DNA of 64,000 nt from Minisyncoccota bacterium (GTDB taxonomy: Bacteria; Patescibacteriota; Minisyncoccia; Phycocordibacterales; XYD1-FULL-46-19), in contig JBAYKU010000001.1 of assembly GCA_041664425.1 (NCBI GenBank), positions 29,272-93,271 on the forward strand, in the 5' to 3' direction. Below are positions 49,650-60,021 of this stretch, piece after piece. The position numbers were made by a program, and so were the translations under genes. The notes below the pieces were generated by a model. The model saw only the letters and a program-made list of their open reading frames with translations, was not told the origin of the DNA and made no database searches. Every line of letters starts with the position of its first letter. Within the stretch, counting starts at the first letter, position 1.

Positions 49650-50080
49650 ATGGGCGGAGAAAGGAAATACGTATGTTTGTACCAAAGAATGTAACTCTGC
49701 GAGAGGTCATCCGGGCCGTGGTGTCAGGATGTCTTCATCAAGAAGGAGGCTCCTTTCATAGGAGGGAGAAGATGTTCCATTTTCTTATCATGATCATACG
49801 GAAGGAGCTCCACTTGCCTCCCGGAGATCACCTTCATGATGTTGATTTGGAACAACGCCTTGGCTCCAAATCAACGTGTGTTTACGTCTGTATCACTTTG
49901 GCGTAAGATCTAGGTCGTCGGTTGCGAGCGAGGTCCTCTACGGGGGAACTCGCTCATTTGTTTTTATTGGAGTGCTCTGTTTAAAAACCCCGCCGGCTCC
50001 TGCCTGCGCAGGCAGGTTGCCGTGGAGACAACCCGCGTCAGCGGAGCGGTACCCTTCATGGGTATAGGACGCACAACCTG
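49650..50080. other. GC-rich non-coding island with hairpins and repeat-family motifs (CCTGCCTGCGCAGGCAGG at 49999-50016; ACCTGTTTTAGG at 50076-50087)
   Basis: Only short ORFs of low plausibility. Several stable hairpins, e.g. gttgatttgga...tccaaatcaac. Confidence 0.35.
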
Positions 50081-50082
50081 TT

Positions 50083-50592
50083 TTAGGAAAATAGGCGAAT
50101 AGTTTCGGTCACTTCTTCGGCGATACCATCAATACAAGGATAGTTTTTAACTTCACTTTCATCAACCCAGGCAAAATCAGTAAAAGCTCCTGGTTCAGGC
50201 ACAACTTCACCACTGCGATACCTCGCTGCAAATTTGACTAAGACGACGGGGATACCATCGGGCCGAATAAAAGCGTTGCTGTTTATATATTGCAACTTGC
50301 CTTCGATTTCAATGCCAGCTTCTTCATGCGCTTCACGTTTTAATAAATCTTCGACGGCATGTTCAAAATCCAAGACCTCGCCATTGATTCTGGTCGGTTT
50401 AGAGATATTGAGATCCTGCCATTCTAATTTTCCGCCCGGCACTGCCCAACGGCCAGGATGAACTTTTTCTCGTTCGTCGCGCTTGAGGATGAGACATTTC
50501 TGATCGCTATCACGATAGACGACAACATTGGCGACAAAGTAGAAAAGTTTGTCGGTTTTGGCTTGGTCTAAACTGATTTTAGAAGCGGTCAT
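50083..50592 (-). CDS. NUDIX hydrolase
   Basis: Nudix box LLKREAHEEAGIE. Confidence 0.75.
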   Translation of the reverse strand: MTASKISLDQAKTDKLFYFVANVVVYRDSDQKCLILKRDEREKVHPGRWAVPGGKLEWQDLNISKPTRINGEVLDFEHAVEDLLKREAHEEAGIEIEGKLQYINSNAFIRPDGIPVVLVKFAARYRSGEVVPEPGAFTDFAWVDESEVKNYPCIDGIAEEVTETIRLFS

Positions 50593-50595
50593 ATT

Positions 50596-52269
50596 TTACC
50601 ACTGACAGCTAGCTTTGATTTTAATAAGCGAGCCGATTTTTTGGCATAGATCAGTGAGATTTTTTGACTGAGCAAAAACATGATCCTCACCCTCGTAAGT
50701 CACATAGTCAAAAGGTTTGTGGCGAGTGGTTAAAATGCCAGCTAGCCACTTGGCCTGAATCGGAGGAATAGTTTTGTCGGCAGAATTTTGAACCAATAAA
50801 ATTTTCTGGGTGGTGACACGATCGAGCTTGGTCACAATGTTCGCTTGGAGAAAAAGGGGATCGTTGTCATCAGCCCGCAAACCCTCGAAGTAGGTGTTAA
50901 AAATAGAGTTTTGATAATATTCGAGTAGCTTGGTCCAATCAGTCACGCCGTTGATTGAAGCAATGCCGGCGTAGTTACTGGGTTTTTCGGCCAGAGTTCG
51001 TAGAGCGAGATAGCCACCGTAGCTGTTGCCGACCAGATAGATAGCGCTAGGTTTATAGAGAGTTTTTAATTCGGCAGTGACCGCTAAAATATCAGTGACA
51101 TCTTTTTTGCCGACTTGGCCGACGATACTATCGGCGAATTTACGACCATAGCCATAACTACCGACATAGTCGACTTTGGCCACGATCGCGCCACCTTCGG
51201 CCATTTGATCTAGCAGCCAATCATAGACGGCGTAGCTTTGATATGAGTGGTAGGTGCTAGCTGGAGCGATTTGGCGATAGGGTCCACCGTGGAGCCAGAT
51301 GATGAGTGGTTTACCAGGATTTTTATTGGTTCGGACAATAGTCGCTTCTCGACCGGCTAGAGTCGTTTCTTTGCGAACGAGATTGGGGAAGGGGCTAGCA
51401 ATAGATAGGGTTTTAAAAGTTTGGATTGTCCCGTCGGTCGGATCGTAACGATTGACAGTCTTTCTATTTTTAGTGAGTTGAGTAAAAAGTAAATAATCGC
51501 CAGAACGATAAATTTTTTCACCGTAGGAAATATTGTCGGCAATTTTTTTCAGTTCACCGTTATCGAGACGGTATCGGTATAGGGTCCAAGTAGTGGCACT
51601 CTCACGGTTGGCATAAAAGTAGAGAGTATTTTTATCCCAGATTAAAAAGTCACCTACGGAATAATTGCGAGCAAAAAGTTTTTTACTAACCAGAGTCTTT
51701 CCGGCCTGAGGTAGGTCAGCTTTATAGAGAGTAGGATAGCCGCCGCGGTCATCAGCATAAATAAAAAACGATTCATCTGGGGAGAAAGAGAAAAGCCGAT
51801 TTTCTTCGGTTAAGAGGTCCCAATTTTTAGCTTGACCTTTGATTTCAGTCCGTTTGGGTGAAGTCGGATTTTTTAGATCAACAATTACATGGTGACGGTA
51901 TTGATCGTTGTTGACCTTGGTGGAAATATAGTAGACAAAATAACGATTAGTGGGTGAAAATTGCTGGCGGGAAGAATTCCGAATCTCTTTATAGGTATTT
52001 TTTAGATCAATGAGAAGAGAATTTTGTTCAGTTGATTCGGCTGGTATGAGATCTAGACTTTTAAGATCGGGGGTTTGGCTACCTAAGTTCTGACAGACCA
52101 AGTTAGAAGTTTGGCAGAGATAGTAATTTTTATTTTCTAAGGCCCCGCTTTGGATGACGAGCTTATCGCCAGTTAATTTATAAATCGAAGCATAATCTAA
52201 GCCGGCCGCCGAGGTAGTGACGGGTAGGGCAAAAAATAACAGCAAAAATACTTTAAAAGATGTTTTCAT
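50596..52269 (-). CDS. S9 family (prolyl oligopeptidase / dipeptidyl peptidase-like) serine peptidase, secreted
   Basis: Signal peptide, N-terminal beta-propeller-like region, GNSYGG nucleophile elbow. Confidence 0.7.
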   Translation of the reverse strand: MKTSFKVFLLLFFALPVTTSAAGLDYASIYKLTGDKLVIQSGALENKNYYLCQTSNLVCQNLGSQTPDLKSLDLIPAESTEQNSLLIDLKNTYKEIRNSSRQQFSPTNRYFVYYISTKVNNDQYRHHVIVDLKNPTSPKRTEIKGQAKNWDLLTEENRLFSFSPDESFFIYADDRGGYPTLYKADLPQAGKTLVSKKLFARNYSVGDFLIWDKNTLYFYANRESATTWTLYRYRLDNGELKKIADNISYGEKIYRSGDYLLFTQLTKNRKTVNRYDPTDGTIQTFKTLSIASPFPNLVRKETTLAGREATIVRTNKNPGKPLIIWLHGGPYRQIAPASTYHSYQSYAVYDWLLDQMAEGGAIVAKVDYVGSYGYGRKFADSIVGQVGKKDVTDILAVTAELKTLYKPSAIYLVGNSYGGYLALRTLAEKPSNYAGIASINGVTDWTKLLEYYQNSIFNTYFEGLRADDNDPLFLQANIVTKLDRVTTQKILLVQNSADKTIPPIQAKWLAGILTTRHKPFDYVTYEGEDHVFAQSKNLTDLCQKIGSLIKIKASCQW

Positions 52270-52543
52270 TATGTTAACCCTATTAAGTAAGATTTGACGG
52301 TTATTAATTTTTTTACACTGAATCTTTATTATAGATACATTTTCTACCTATTGCGAAGTTAGTCAAATCTAGACTTTAAATCTTATAAAAATAAAGATTA
52401 AAAGTCTTACTTAGATAGGGTAAATTCTAACATATTTTTTGCCGTTGTTATTTCAATCTGATAGTGGTTAAATAGAGACAGAAGCTCGATCGGGTGTCGA
52501 GTAAGATCTTCAAGGTCAGGCGGAGGTAACCGCAGGAGGTGCC

Positions 52544-53002
52544 ATGAGTACCGAATTGGCCGGATTTGAAGTTGTCGAGGTCGTTGAAAAACCGGACAAA
52601 GCCAAAGAGAGGAGGTATAAGCGTGATACCCAAGAGCTATTTTGGCTCTTGGAAAATTGGGAGAAGGTGGTAGTAACAGCTAAGCCAGGTGGCAAGGTTT
52701 GGTATCGAGAAATCCATCGGATTATCGATTTCAAGCAGTGCTTCCAAGAGCAGTGGGGGTTTGATGCTTTGATTTATGAGATCAGAGTGATCGAGAACCG
52801 TATCGCGATCAGAAAATTGGCGGAGCCACTGGAATTTAGGCCTAAACGGACAGAAGTAGAGGTCCTGTCTTCTGAGACAAAAAAAAGGCTGAGCCTAGAA
52901 GAAAAGCGTAAACGTTATCGCGCCAAGCGCCGAGTAGTCAAAGATCGGCTTAGGCAATTCTGTCATTACCGAGTTTGTGGACTAGCAGCTTGCCATTTCT
53001 GA
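52544..53002 (+). CDS. Hypothetical protein with a Lys/Arg-rich, Cys-containing C-terminus
   Basis: 152-aa ORF with a tandem SD GGAGGTAACCGCAGGAGGTGCC just before the ATG. Confidence 0.5.
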   Translation: MSTELAGFEVVEVVEKPDKAKERRYKRDTQELFWLLENWEKVVVTAKPGGKVWYREIHRIIDFKQCFQEQWGFDALIYEIRVIENRIAIRKLAEPLEFRPKRTEVEVLSSETKKRLSLEEKRKRYRAKRRVVKDRLRQFCHYRVCGLAACHF

Positions 53003-53105
53003 GGAAGGCAGAACTGGTTCAAGTTTGAAGTTATATATCGGGGCCGAACGCATCAAGCGCATTCGGCCTCTTCTTTTTCTTTAATTTTTATGCTATTTTC
53101 TATTT

Positions 53106-54422
53106 ATGGAAAAAAACCAAGAAGCGATGGAAAAATTGGTCTCGTTGTGTAAAAGACGGGGTTTTATTTATCCCTCCTCGGAGATTTATGGCGGTCTGGC
53201 TGGAGTATGGGATTTTGGTCCCCTCGGTGTGGAGCTGAAAAACAATTTAAAAAATATTTGGTGGCAGATGTTCGTCCGCGACCGCGAGGATATGTTTGGA
53301 CTCGATGCGGATATTTTAATGAATGCTAAAGTCTGGGAAGCTTCTGGTCACGTGGCTGGTTTTGCTGATCCACTGACCGAATGTCAAAAATGTCACAAGC
53401 GTTTTCGAGCTGATCAATTAGAGGAAAATAAATGTCCAGATTGTGGTGGGGAATTGGGAGCGATTCGCCAGTTTAATATGATGTTTCGCACTCAGATCGG
53501 AGCGATGGAAGATTCTTCGGCAACGGTTTATCTACGTCCAGAAACTGCTCAGGGGATTTTTGCTAATTTTAAAAACGTCATCGATTCTTTTCATCCGAAA
53601 CTGCCGTTTGGTATTGGCCAGATTGGTAAAGCTTTTCGCAATGAGATCACGCCTCGCGATTTTATTTTCCGCGTCCGCGAATTCGAACAAATGGAAATTG
53701 AATATTTTATTCGAGCCGACGAATGGGAAAAACATTTTGCTGATTGGCAACAATCAGTTCACTCATATATAGAAGCGGTGGGGATTGCCAAAGGCAAGGT
53801 GAGCGAGCTCGAAGTCTCTGGTGATGATCTCGCTCATTATTCCAAGCGGACGATTGATTTTGAATTTGATTATCCTTTTGGCCGAAAGGAACTTTGCGGT
53901 TTGGCTTATCGGACCAACTTTGATTTAACTAAGCATGCCGAACATTCCGGCACTGAGCTTTTCTATTATGATGAAGAAACAAAAGAAAAAACCGTTCCTC
54001 ATGTTATCGAGCCATCTTTCGGAGTAGAAAGAATTGTTTTGGCGACTCTCTTATCCGCCTATCGGGAAGACGAGCTGGGTGGCGAGACTAGGGTCTATCT
54101 GGATTTCAATTTCGCTGTGGCGCCAGTCAAGGTGGCTGTCTTTCCGCTTTTGAAAAATAAACCAGAACTGGTAGCCAGGGCGCGCGAAATTTATGCCGAA
54201 CTGAAGAAAAAAATCTCGGGCAATGTGATGTTTGATGATAATGGTAATATTGGCAAACGCTATCGCCGACAGGATGAAATCGGGACGCCGTACTGTGTGA
54301 CGATTGATTTCCAAACCCTCGAAGATGAGATGGTGACGGTTCGCGATCGCAATAGTGGGGAACAGGAGCGAGTGAAAATTGCTGATTTGGCGGAGCGGAT
54401 TCTGACTGGGGATTTGGGGTAA
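53106..54422 (+). CDS. glyQS: Glycyl-tRNA synthetase (alpha2 dimeric class II)
   Basis: YGGLAGVWDFGPLG motif. 438 aa. Confidence 0.9.
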   Translation: MEKNQEAMEKLVSLCKRRGFIYPSSEIYGGLAGVWDFGPLGVELKNNLKNIWWQMFVRDREDMFGLDADILMNAKVWEASGHVAGFADPLTECQKCHKRFRADQLEENKCPDCGGELGAIRQFNMMFRTQIGAMEDSSATVYLRPETAQGIFANFKNVIDSFHPKLPFGIGQIGKAFRNEITPRDFIFRVREFEQMEIEYFIRADEWEKHFADWQQSVHSYIEAVGIAKGKVSELEVSGDDLAHYSKRTIDFEFDYPFGRKELCGLAYRTNFDLTKHAEHSGTELFYYDEETKEKTVPHVIEPSFGVERIVLATLLSAYREDELGGETRVYLDFNFAVAPVKVAVFPLLKNKPELVARAREIYAELKKKISGNVMFDDNGNIGKRYRRQDEIGTPYCVTIDFQTLEDEMVTVRDRNSGEQERVKIADLAERILTGDLG

Positions 54423-54432
54423 TTTATCTAAA

Positions 54433-54707
54433 CTGCAAAACTTTTTACTCGGCGCACCTGTTTTAGGGTACGGATTTCCCTGGCCCTATGGAATAAATTT
54501 GTTCAAAAACTTTCTTAATTTCAAAACCCAGACCCAAGCCCAACCATTTTGAAATTAAGAAAGTTTTTTTGACAAATTTCGCTTCGCTATTCCATAGGGT
54601 GAACTTAGAAAATCCTGTCCGCCAGCTGGCGGATCGGCCATGCCTGTACAGGCAGGTCGACAGCCTCACGACCCCCTAAAACAGGTGCGCCTTCGACAAG
54701 TTTGCAG
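54433..54707. mobile_element. MITE-like non-autonomous element with imperfect terminal inverted repeats of about 34 bp and an internal long hairpin
   Basis: TIRs ctgcaaaactttttactcggcgcacctgttttaggg / ccctaaaacaggtgcgccttcgacaagtttgcag. Inner hairpin 54484-54599. Shares CCTGTACAGGCAGG and ACCTGTTTTAGG motifs with other copies. Confidence 0.5.
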
Positions 54708-54828
54708 TTTATAAAGTTAATCACATTTTCTCTTGCGTGTTTTTATACTTTTGCTAGACTAAAAAATAGAGATGCTCTTTGTGACGTGGGAATTGTCCCC
54801 GTACTGAGCATTAGGGAGGAACGGCAAC

Positions 54829-55290
54829 ATGAGGAAGACATTGATTGCAGTAGTTTTTACCGCTGTAATGTTGATCGCTTTTGCGTTTGGCCTGCAGGCA
54901 CCACCGGGCATGATGGACAACCAGTTGGCAGTCGCGTCCCCGATGTCTCTCGCGAATGAGGGTATCGTTGGGACGGCAGTGGTATCCGAGGCGATTGGCA
55001 CCTCAGGTAGCAGTCAATTCCTCGATCATGTGGCCTTCGCGAAGGAAGCTATGACGAGCTCGGCTCCAAGCGGCGAAGCAATACTTGAAGGTCGGGAGGT
55101 CCTTCTTCCCACCGAAATTGTCGTTGCTGGTGGTAGCGTCGAAAATGGGGCCAAGGCGAGCACGCTGGCGGAGACTTCCAGAGAAGGTAGTTACCCGCTG
55201 AAGTGTATCCTCGCGATCTCGTCGTCCTCGAACCGCGCGGCATACCCGGCCGACGTAGCGGAGGTTAGCCATCCTCTGAGATATGTTTAA
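54829..55290 (+). CDS. GC-rich (about 55-58% GC) secreted hypothetical protein
   Basis: 153-aa ORF with strong SD GGGAGGAAC, signal peptide MRKTLIAVVFTAVMLIAFAFG, and composition unlike its neighbours. Confidence 0.45.
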   Translation: MRKTLIAVVFTAVMLIAFAFGLQAPPGMMDNQLAVASPMSLANEGIVGTAVVSEAIGTSGSSQFLDHVAFAKEAMTSSAPSGEAILEGREVLLPTEIVVAGGSVENGAKASTLAETSREGSYPLKCILAISSSSNRAAYPADVAEVSHPLRYV

Positions 55291-55350
55291 CGGCTTGGCG
55301 CGCTGACAGTCGCGCGCCGTGAAATTTCCCCGCCCTTTTGGGCTCACACC

Positions 55351-55390
55351 GGCACCGTCTCCGCTTTAGGAGAGGGTGCCTGTTTTTTTT
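55351..55390 (+). terminator. Rho-independent terminator
   Basis: ggcaccgtctcc-gcttta-ggagagggtgcc followed by T10. An additional hairpin ggcgcgc/gcgcgcc at 55297-55318. Confidence 0.65.
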
Positions 55391-55417
55391 GCCTTTATGA
55401 GCCAAGTGTTATATAAT
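55389..55417 (+). promoter_or_regulatory. Promoter TTGCCT-N17-TATAAT located 6 nt upstream of the ftsH ATG
   Basis: -10 TATAAT at 55412-55417 and ATG at 55424. No SD possible. Confidence 0.4.
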
Positions 55418-55423
55418 CGCGGC

Positions 55424-57340
55424 ATGTCTAAAGAAAAAAAGCCAAAAAATAAGGGAAATTTGCAGATTTTGGGGCAGTTTGGCAGCCAAATCTTGTGGGG
55501 CTTACTGATCCTACTTTTTGTAGTGAGTGTCTTTTCGGCGGTCAATGATCAGGTTAAAAAAATCCCTACCATCTCTATTTCTGAATTGGCCCAAAAAATC
55601 TCTGCTGATCAGGTGAGCCTGATTGAGGTCAAAGGTGGGACCCTGACTGTTACGGGGGTGGATAAAAAAGTTTGGACCGCTAAGAAGGAAACTGAATCAT
55701 CTCTGTCCCAAACCTTGATCAATTATGGTGTTAAACCAGAAAATCTCAACAAAGTAAAAATTGATATCCAGAGTGATGCCAGCTCTAGTTTCTGGTTAAC
55801 AACCTTTTTGCCATTACTGATTCCGGTTATTTTTATTATCTTGATTTTTTGGTATTTGTCTCGGCAGGTCAAAGGTGCTTCAATGCAAGCTTTCTCTTTT
55901 GGTCAATCGCGAGCGCGGATTGTTTTTCCTGATGACGGCGGCGAGAAAGTTACTTTCAAAGATGTGGCTGGTGTCCGTGAGGCTAAAGAAGAGTTATTGG
56001 AGATCGTTGATTTTCTGCGTAATCCAAAAAAGTTTTTAGATATTGGCGCCCGCATTCCCAAGGGTGTACTGCTCATGGGTGCGCCAGGTACAGGTAAGAC
56101 TTTGTTGGCCCGAGCCGTGGCGGGGGAGGCCAAGGTGCCATTTCTCTATCTCTCGGGTTCAGAATTTGTGGAAATGTTTGTGGGAGTGGGTGCCTCACGC
56201 GTGCGTGATTTATTTAAACTAGCAAAAGATTCGGCTCCCGCTATTATTTTTATTGACGAGATTGATGCCATCGGTCGCCATCGTGGTTCTGGTATGGGTG
56301 GTGGCAATGATGAGCGCGAACAAACCTTGAACCAAATTTTGGTGGAAATGGATGGTTTTGAACCTAATGAAAAATTGATTGTCATGGCGGCTACTAACCG
56401 ACCAGATGTCCTCGACCCCGCCCTGTTACGTCCTGGTCGTTTTGATCGCCGAGTGATGCTGGATTCGCCGGATAAGAGAGATCGTGAAGAAATTTTATTG
56501 ATCCATTCTCGCCATAAGCCGATGGGTCCGGATGTTAATATGAAAGTGATTGCCGAACGTACCCCGGGTTTTTCTGGTGCTGATTTGGCTAATGCGGTCA
56601 ACGAAGCGGCAATACTAACCGCTCGTGAGGCGCGAACTGAAGTTAGTCAATACGATCTCTTGCGTTCGATTGAAAAAGTTATGCTCGGACCGGAACGTCG
56701 CAGTCATATTCTCTCAGCTAAAGAAAAGCGAATTACTGCTTATCATGAAATTGGCCACGCTCTGCCCGCCTCCGTGCTTGAATATTCCGATCCAGTTCAC
56801 AAAGTCTCGATTATTTCTCGTGGACGAGCCGCTGGCTATACACTCAAACTGCCACTCGAAGATCGCAAACTTCAGTCGCGTAAAGAGTTTCTCGACGACC
56901 TAGCAGTTTCGCTCGGCGGTTATGTAGCGGAACAAATGGTCTTTGGTGATATAACGACTGGCGCTAGCAACGACATCTCTGTCTCGACTGATCTGGCTCG
57001 AGCGATGGTGACCAAGTATGGTATGAGTGACAAACTCGGACCAGTAGCGATTGAAACCTCATCCCATTTGAGTTTCTCTGGTGGTTTAAATGAATCCGCG
57101 GTGTCGGAGAAAACTTCAGCGATTGTTGATGAGGAGGTTTCGCGTTTGATGAATGAAGCGATGGAGCGAGCCAAAGAAATTTTAACCACTCATCGGGCCG
57201 TAATGGACAACATGGCCGAAGAATTGATTCGTACCGAAACTCTGGAACGCGAAGAATTTGAACGACTCTTGATTCTCAATGGTATCAAGCCTAAGAGAGT
57301 AGAAGAATCGGAAGGTTTGACTCTTGCACCGATAGCTTAA
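55424..57340 (+). CDS. ftsH: ATP-dependent zinc metalloprotease FtsH
   Basis: [18 protein letters not shown] Walker A, HEIGHAL zinc motif. Start taken at MSKEKKPK. Confidence 0.9.
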   Translation: MSKEKKPKNKGNLQILGQFGSQILWGLLILLFVVSVFSAVNDQVKKIPTISISELAQKISADQVSLIEVKGGTLTVTGVDKKVWTAKKETESSLSQTLINYGVKPENLNKVKIDIQSDASSSFWLTTFLPLLIPVIFIILIFWYLSRQVKGASMQAFSFGQSRARIVFPDDGGEKVTFKDVAGVREAKEELLEIVDFLRNPKKFLDIGARIPKGVLLMGAPGTGKTLLARAVAGEAKVPFLYLSGSEFVEMFVGVGASRVRDLFKLAKDSAPAIIFIDEIDAIGRHRGSGMGGGNDEREQTLNQILVEMDGFEPNEKLIVMAATNRPDVLDPALLRPGRFDRRVMLDSPDKRDREEILLIHSRHKPMGPDVNMKVIAERTPGFSGADLANAVNEAAILTAREARTEVSQYDLLRSIEKVMLGPERRSHILSAKEKRITAYHEIGHALPASVLEYSDPVHKVSIISRGRAAGYTLKLPLEDRKLQSRKEFLDDLAVSLGGYVAEQMVFGDITTGASNDISVSTDLARAMVTKYGMSDKLGPVAIETSSHLSFSGGLNESAVSEKTSAIVDEEVSRLMNEAMERAKEILTTHRAVMDNMAEELIRTETLEREEFERLLILNGIKPKRVEESEGLTLAPIA

Positions 57341-57447
57341 TAATTGTAAGTTAAAAGTGCTATGCGCCTGTAGCCCCGACGTACGAAGTGGTCGGGATCC
57401 CGACTGAAGCGTCGGGACTCAGATGTTTAGATTTTGAAAATTAAATT

Positions 57448-57521
57448 GCGCCTGTAGCTCAGCTGGTTAGAGCACGGAGCTTATACCTCCGCGGTCCCTG
57501 GTTCGAATCCAGGCGGGCGCA
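57448..57521 (+). tRNA. tRNA-Ile with anticodon UAU
   Basis: Cloverleaf: acceptor gcgcctg/cgggcgc, D-arm gctc...gagc, anticodon stem cggag/ctccg with loop cTTATAc (anticodon TAT), T-arm cctgg-ttcgaat-ccagg. No encoded CCA. Confidence 0.75.
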
Positions 57522-57527
57522 CTAATT

Positions 57528-59678
57528 TTACTCAAAATGTGTATCTTTCTTTTTTCCGGCGAGACGCTGGCGGAGGAGAGGGTAGTTTTTTAGTTCGGGA
57601 TCGGTGGCGACGATTTTCTGAGCTTCGGTCCGCGCTAGTTCGACCATCTTGATATTTTTCAGGGCTTCCATCCCGAGGTCAGACAGTCCCCATTGTTTTT
57701 CGCCGGATAGAGAACCAGCGCCACGTAGCGATAAGTCGAGCTCGGCTAGTTCGAAACCGTTTTTGGCTTTGACTAGAGCTTTCAGTCGGTCCAGCGACAC
57801 GGCGCTTTTGGCTTCACTAAAAACAAAACAATAAGCTTGGTGGTTGCTCCGGATAACACGACCGCGGAGCTGATGGAGCTGGGCTAGGCCAAAACGCTCG
57901 GCGCCTTCGATGACGATGATAGTGGCGTTGGGCACATTGACGCCGACTTCGATGACCGAGGTGGCGACCAGAATATCGATTTTGTGGTCGGTAAAATCAG
58001 TCATCACTTCTTCTTTGTCTTTTGGTTTTAATTTGCTGTGGACTAAACCGACGGTAAATTCTGGAAAAATTTTTTCTTGCAGGCGTATAGCTTCGGCTTT
58101 AGCCGACTTGGCCATGATCGCCATTTCTTTGGTGGGATCTGGTTCATCGATACGAGGGCAAATGACGTAGGCTTGCCGGCCGGCCTGTAATTGCTCTCGG
58201 ATTTGTTCGTAGGCAAGGTCGCGTTTATCGGGGGCAATAATTTCGGTGATGATTGGTTTGCGGCCGGCCGGCATTTCGTCGAGGAGAGAGAGGTCGAGGT
58301 CACCATAAATAGTCAGGGCGAGGGTGCGAGGAATAGGAGTGGCTGTCATGGAGAGTAGATGGGGAACTTTATTATCTTTATGATCTTTGCGAGTGAGATT
58401 GGCGCGTTGCATCACTCCGAAGCGATGTTGTTCGTCGATGATGACCAACGCCAAGTTTTTGAACTTCACTGATTTTTGAATCAACGAGTGAGTGCCGACG
58501 ACAATGGGGATCTGACCAGAGGCCACCCACTTTAAGAGAGTGGGGCGAGAGATGTGAGTATGTTCTTTGGGAGAAATTTTGGACGGGAATTTTCGACATT
58601 CTGAACCGGTCATCAGGCCGACCTGGATGCCGAGATATTCGAAATATTTGATAAATGATTCGAAGTGTTGGCGAGCGAGAATTTCGGTCGGGGCCATATA
58701 GGCGACTTCGTAGCCGGCCGAGACAGCAGCAAAAGCGGCCGCCGCAGCCACGGCGGTTTTACCAGAACCAACATCACCCTCGATTAAGCGAGTCATTGGT
58801 TTGTTTTTAGTAAAGTCAGCGAAGATTTCCTCAATGGTTCTAGTTTGCGCAGAAGTCATGGCAAAAGGAAAGCGAGCAAAAAACTTTTTTAAGCCAGTCT
58901 TATTTACTTCTAAACTAAAACTAGGATTACCTTGATATTCTCGTCGGCCGATCAGGCGTTCTAGTTGGAGAAAGAAAACTTCTTCAAAGGCAAAACGCTT
59001 GCGGGCCGCGAGGGCGTCACTTTCTCGGTGGGGAGTATGGACCCAAACGAGAGCGGTTTTAAGAGTGGGCAGATTGAATTGTTTTAAAATAAAATCAGGC
59101 AGAGGATCGACTAATTCGTCGAGCAAACTGTCGGTTAATAGTTTCGAGATTTGATGATAGAACCAGCCGGAAGTTAAACCTTTAGTTTCGGGATAGACGG
59201 GGATGAGGGAGCCGTCGATAAAACCACTACCATTGTCGGCAAAGACCGATTGTTTTTTGTCGTACCACGAACCGCCACCGGTGCCGATGGTGGGGTTGGT
59301 CATATAGAGAGAACCGGATCGCTCCGTGACTTTGCCGGAAAATTGATAGTAGCTACCCTCATGGAGTTTTTTAGCCAGGAAGGCTTGATGGAACCAAACG
59401 ATTTTTATTTTTCCCGTCTCGTCCTCGACGGTGGCGGTGGCCATGGGGATTTTTTTGAAATGAGCTTTTTTGATTTCGGCTTTGAGGACTCGGGCCGAGA
59501 TGACAGCTTCTTCGCCAACAGCCAAATCTCCAATTTTTTTAAATTGACCGGCGAAAGCGTAGCGGTTTGGAAGATGGAAAAGCAAATCCCGAGCCGTTTT
59601 ATAACCAATGCGTTCGAGCGCTTCTTTGTGGAGAGGATTGAGGCGAGATATTTTTTCGATAGGAGTATCAGGAGACAT
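57528..59678 (-). CDS. recG: ATP-dependent DNA helicase RecG
   Basis: GDVGSGKT Walker A, DEQHRFG motif II, N-terminal wedge domain. 716 aa. Confidence 0.9.
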   Translation of the reverse strand: MSPDTPIEKISRLNPLHKEALERIGYKTARDLLFHLPNRYAFAGQFKKIGDLAVGEEAVISARVLKAEIKKAHFKKIPMATATVEDETGKIKIVWFHQAFLAKKLHEGSYYQFSGKVTERSGSLYMTNPTIGTGGGSWYDKKQSVFADNGSGFIDGSLIPVYPETKGLTSGWFYHQISKLLTDSLLDELVDPLPDFILKQFNLPTLKTALVWVHTPHRESDALAARKRFAFEEVFFLQLERLIGRREYQGNPSFSLEVNKTGLKKFFARFPFAMTSAQTRTIEEIFADFTKNKPMTRLIEGDVGSGKTAVAAAAAFAAVSAGYEVAYMAPTEILARQHFESFIKYFEYLGIQVGLMTGSECRKFPSKISPKEHTHISRPTLLKWVASGQIPIVVGTHSLIQKSVKFKNLALVIIDEQHRFGVMQRANLTRKDHKDNKVPHLLSMTATPIPRTLALTIYGDLDLSLLDEMPAGRKPIITEIIAPDKRDLAYEQIREQLQAGRQAYVICPRIDEPDPTKEMAIMAKSAKAEAIRLQEKIFPEFTVGLVHSKLKPKDKEEVMTDFTDHKIDILVATSVIEVGVNVPNATIIVIEGAERFGLAQLHQLRGRVIRSNHQAYCFVFSEAKSAVSLDRLKALVKAKNGFELAELDLSLRGAGSLSGEKQWGLSDLGMEALKNIKMVELARTEAQKIVATDPELKNYPLLRQRLAGKKKDTHFE

Positions 59679-59943
59679 ACTTTTTGTTTCGGTAGTAAAG
59701 AAAGATATCGATTAAAACCATCAAACCATTCAAAACATATAAATAGATGACAAAATCAAAATTATAGAAAATTTTATGTAGGGTACCAGCAATATAGCCG
59801 GCAAAAATTAGCCACAAGAAAATTACGCTTTTTCCAGCATCAGATCTCGAGGTGTATGATTTATAAATAGAGAACGGCCAAGAGACGCCAAAACAAAGTA
59901 GGAAAATAATCTCAAAAGGGGACATATAGACTAATCCTAGCAA
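59668..59943 (-). CDS. Small three-TM membrane protein, possibly SemiSWEET/PQ-loop-like
   Basis: 91 aa with three hydrophobic helices. Overlaps the recG start by 11 nt. Family assignment is tentative. Confidence 0.35.
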   Translation of the reverse strand: MLGLVYMSPFEIIFLLCFGVSWPFSIYKSYTSRSDAGKSVIFLWLIFAGYIAGTLHKIFYNFDFVIYLYVLNGLMVLIDIFLYYRNKKYVS

Positions 59944-60021
59944 ATATAATTTTTATTCAAAAGAAAACGACCGATTCCGCGCAAGCGCAGAATCGGTCGT
60001 GTGATCCAGGGGAGAGGGAGA

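Noticed and set aside
49650-50080. SRP RNA or RNase P RNA in the GC-rich non-coding island
   Set aside because: Neither the RNase P P4 sequences (AGGAAAGUCCGGGC / ACAGAACCCGGCUUA) nor the SRP domain IV GGAA tetraloop context could be found on either strand.
57364-57374. 11-nt duplicate of the tRNA-Ile 5' end (gcgcctgtagc) 84 nt upstream of the tRNA
   Set aside because: Too short to separate from chance. No recombinase adjacent. The tandem cccgac/gtcggg hairpins there are more simply the ftsH terminator.
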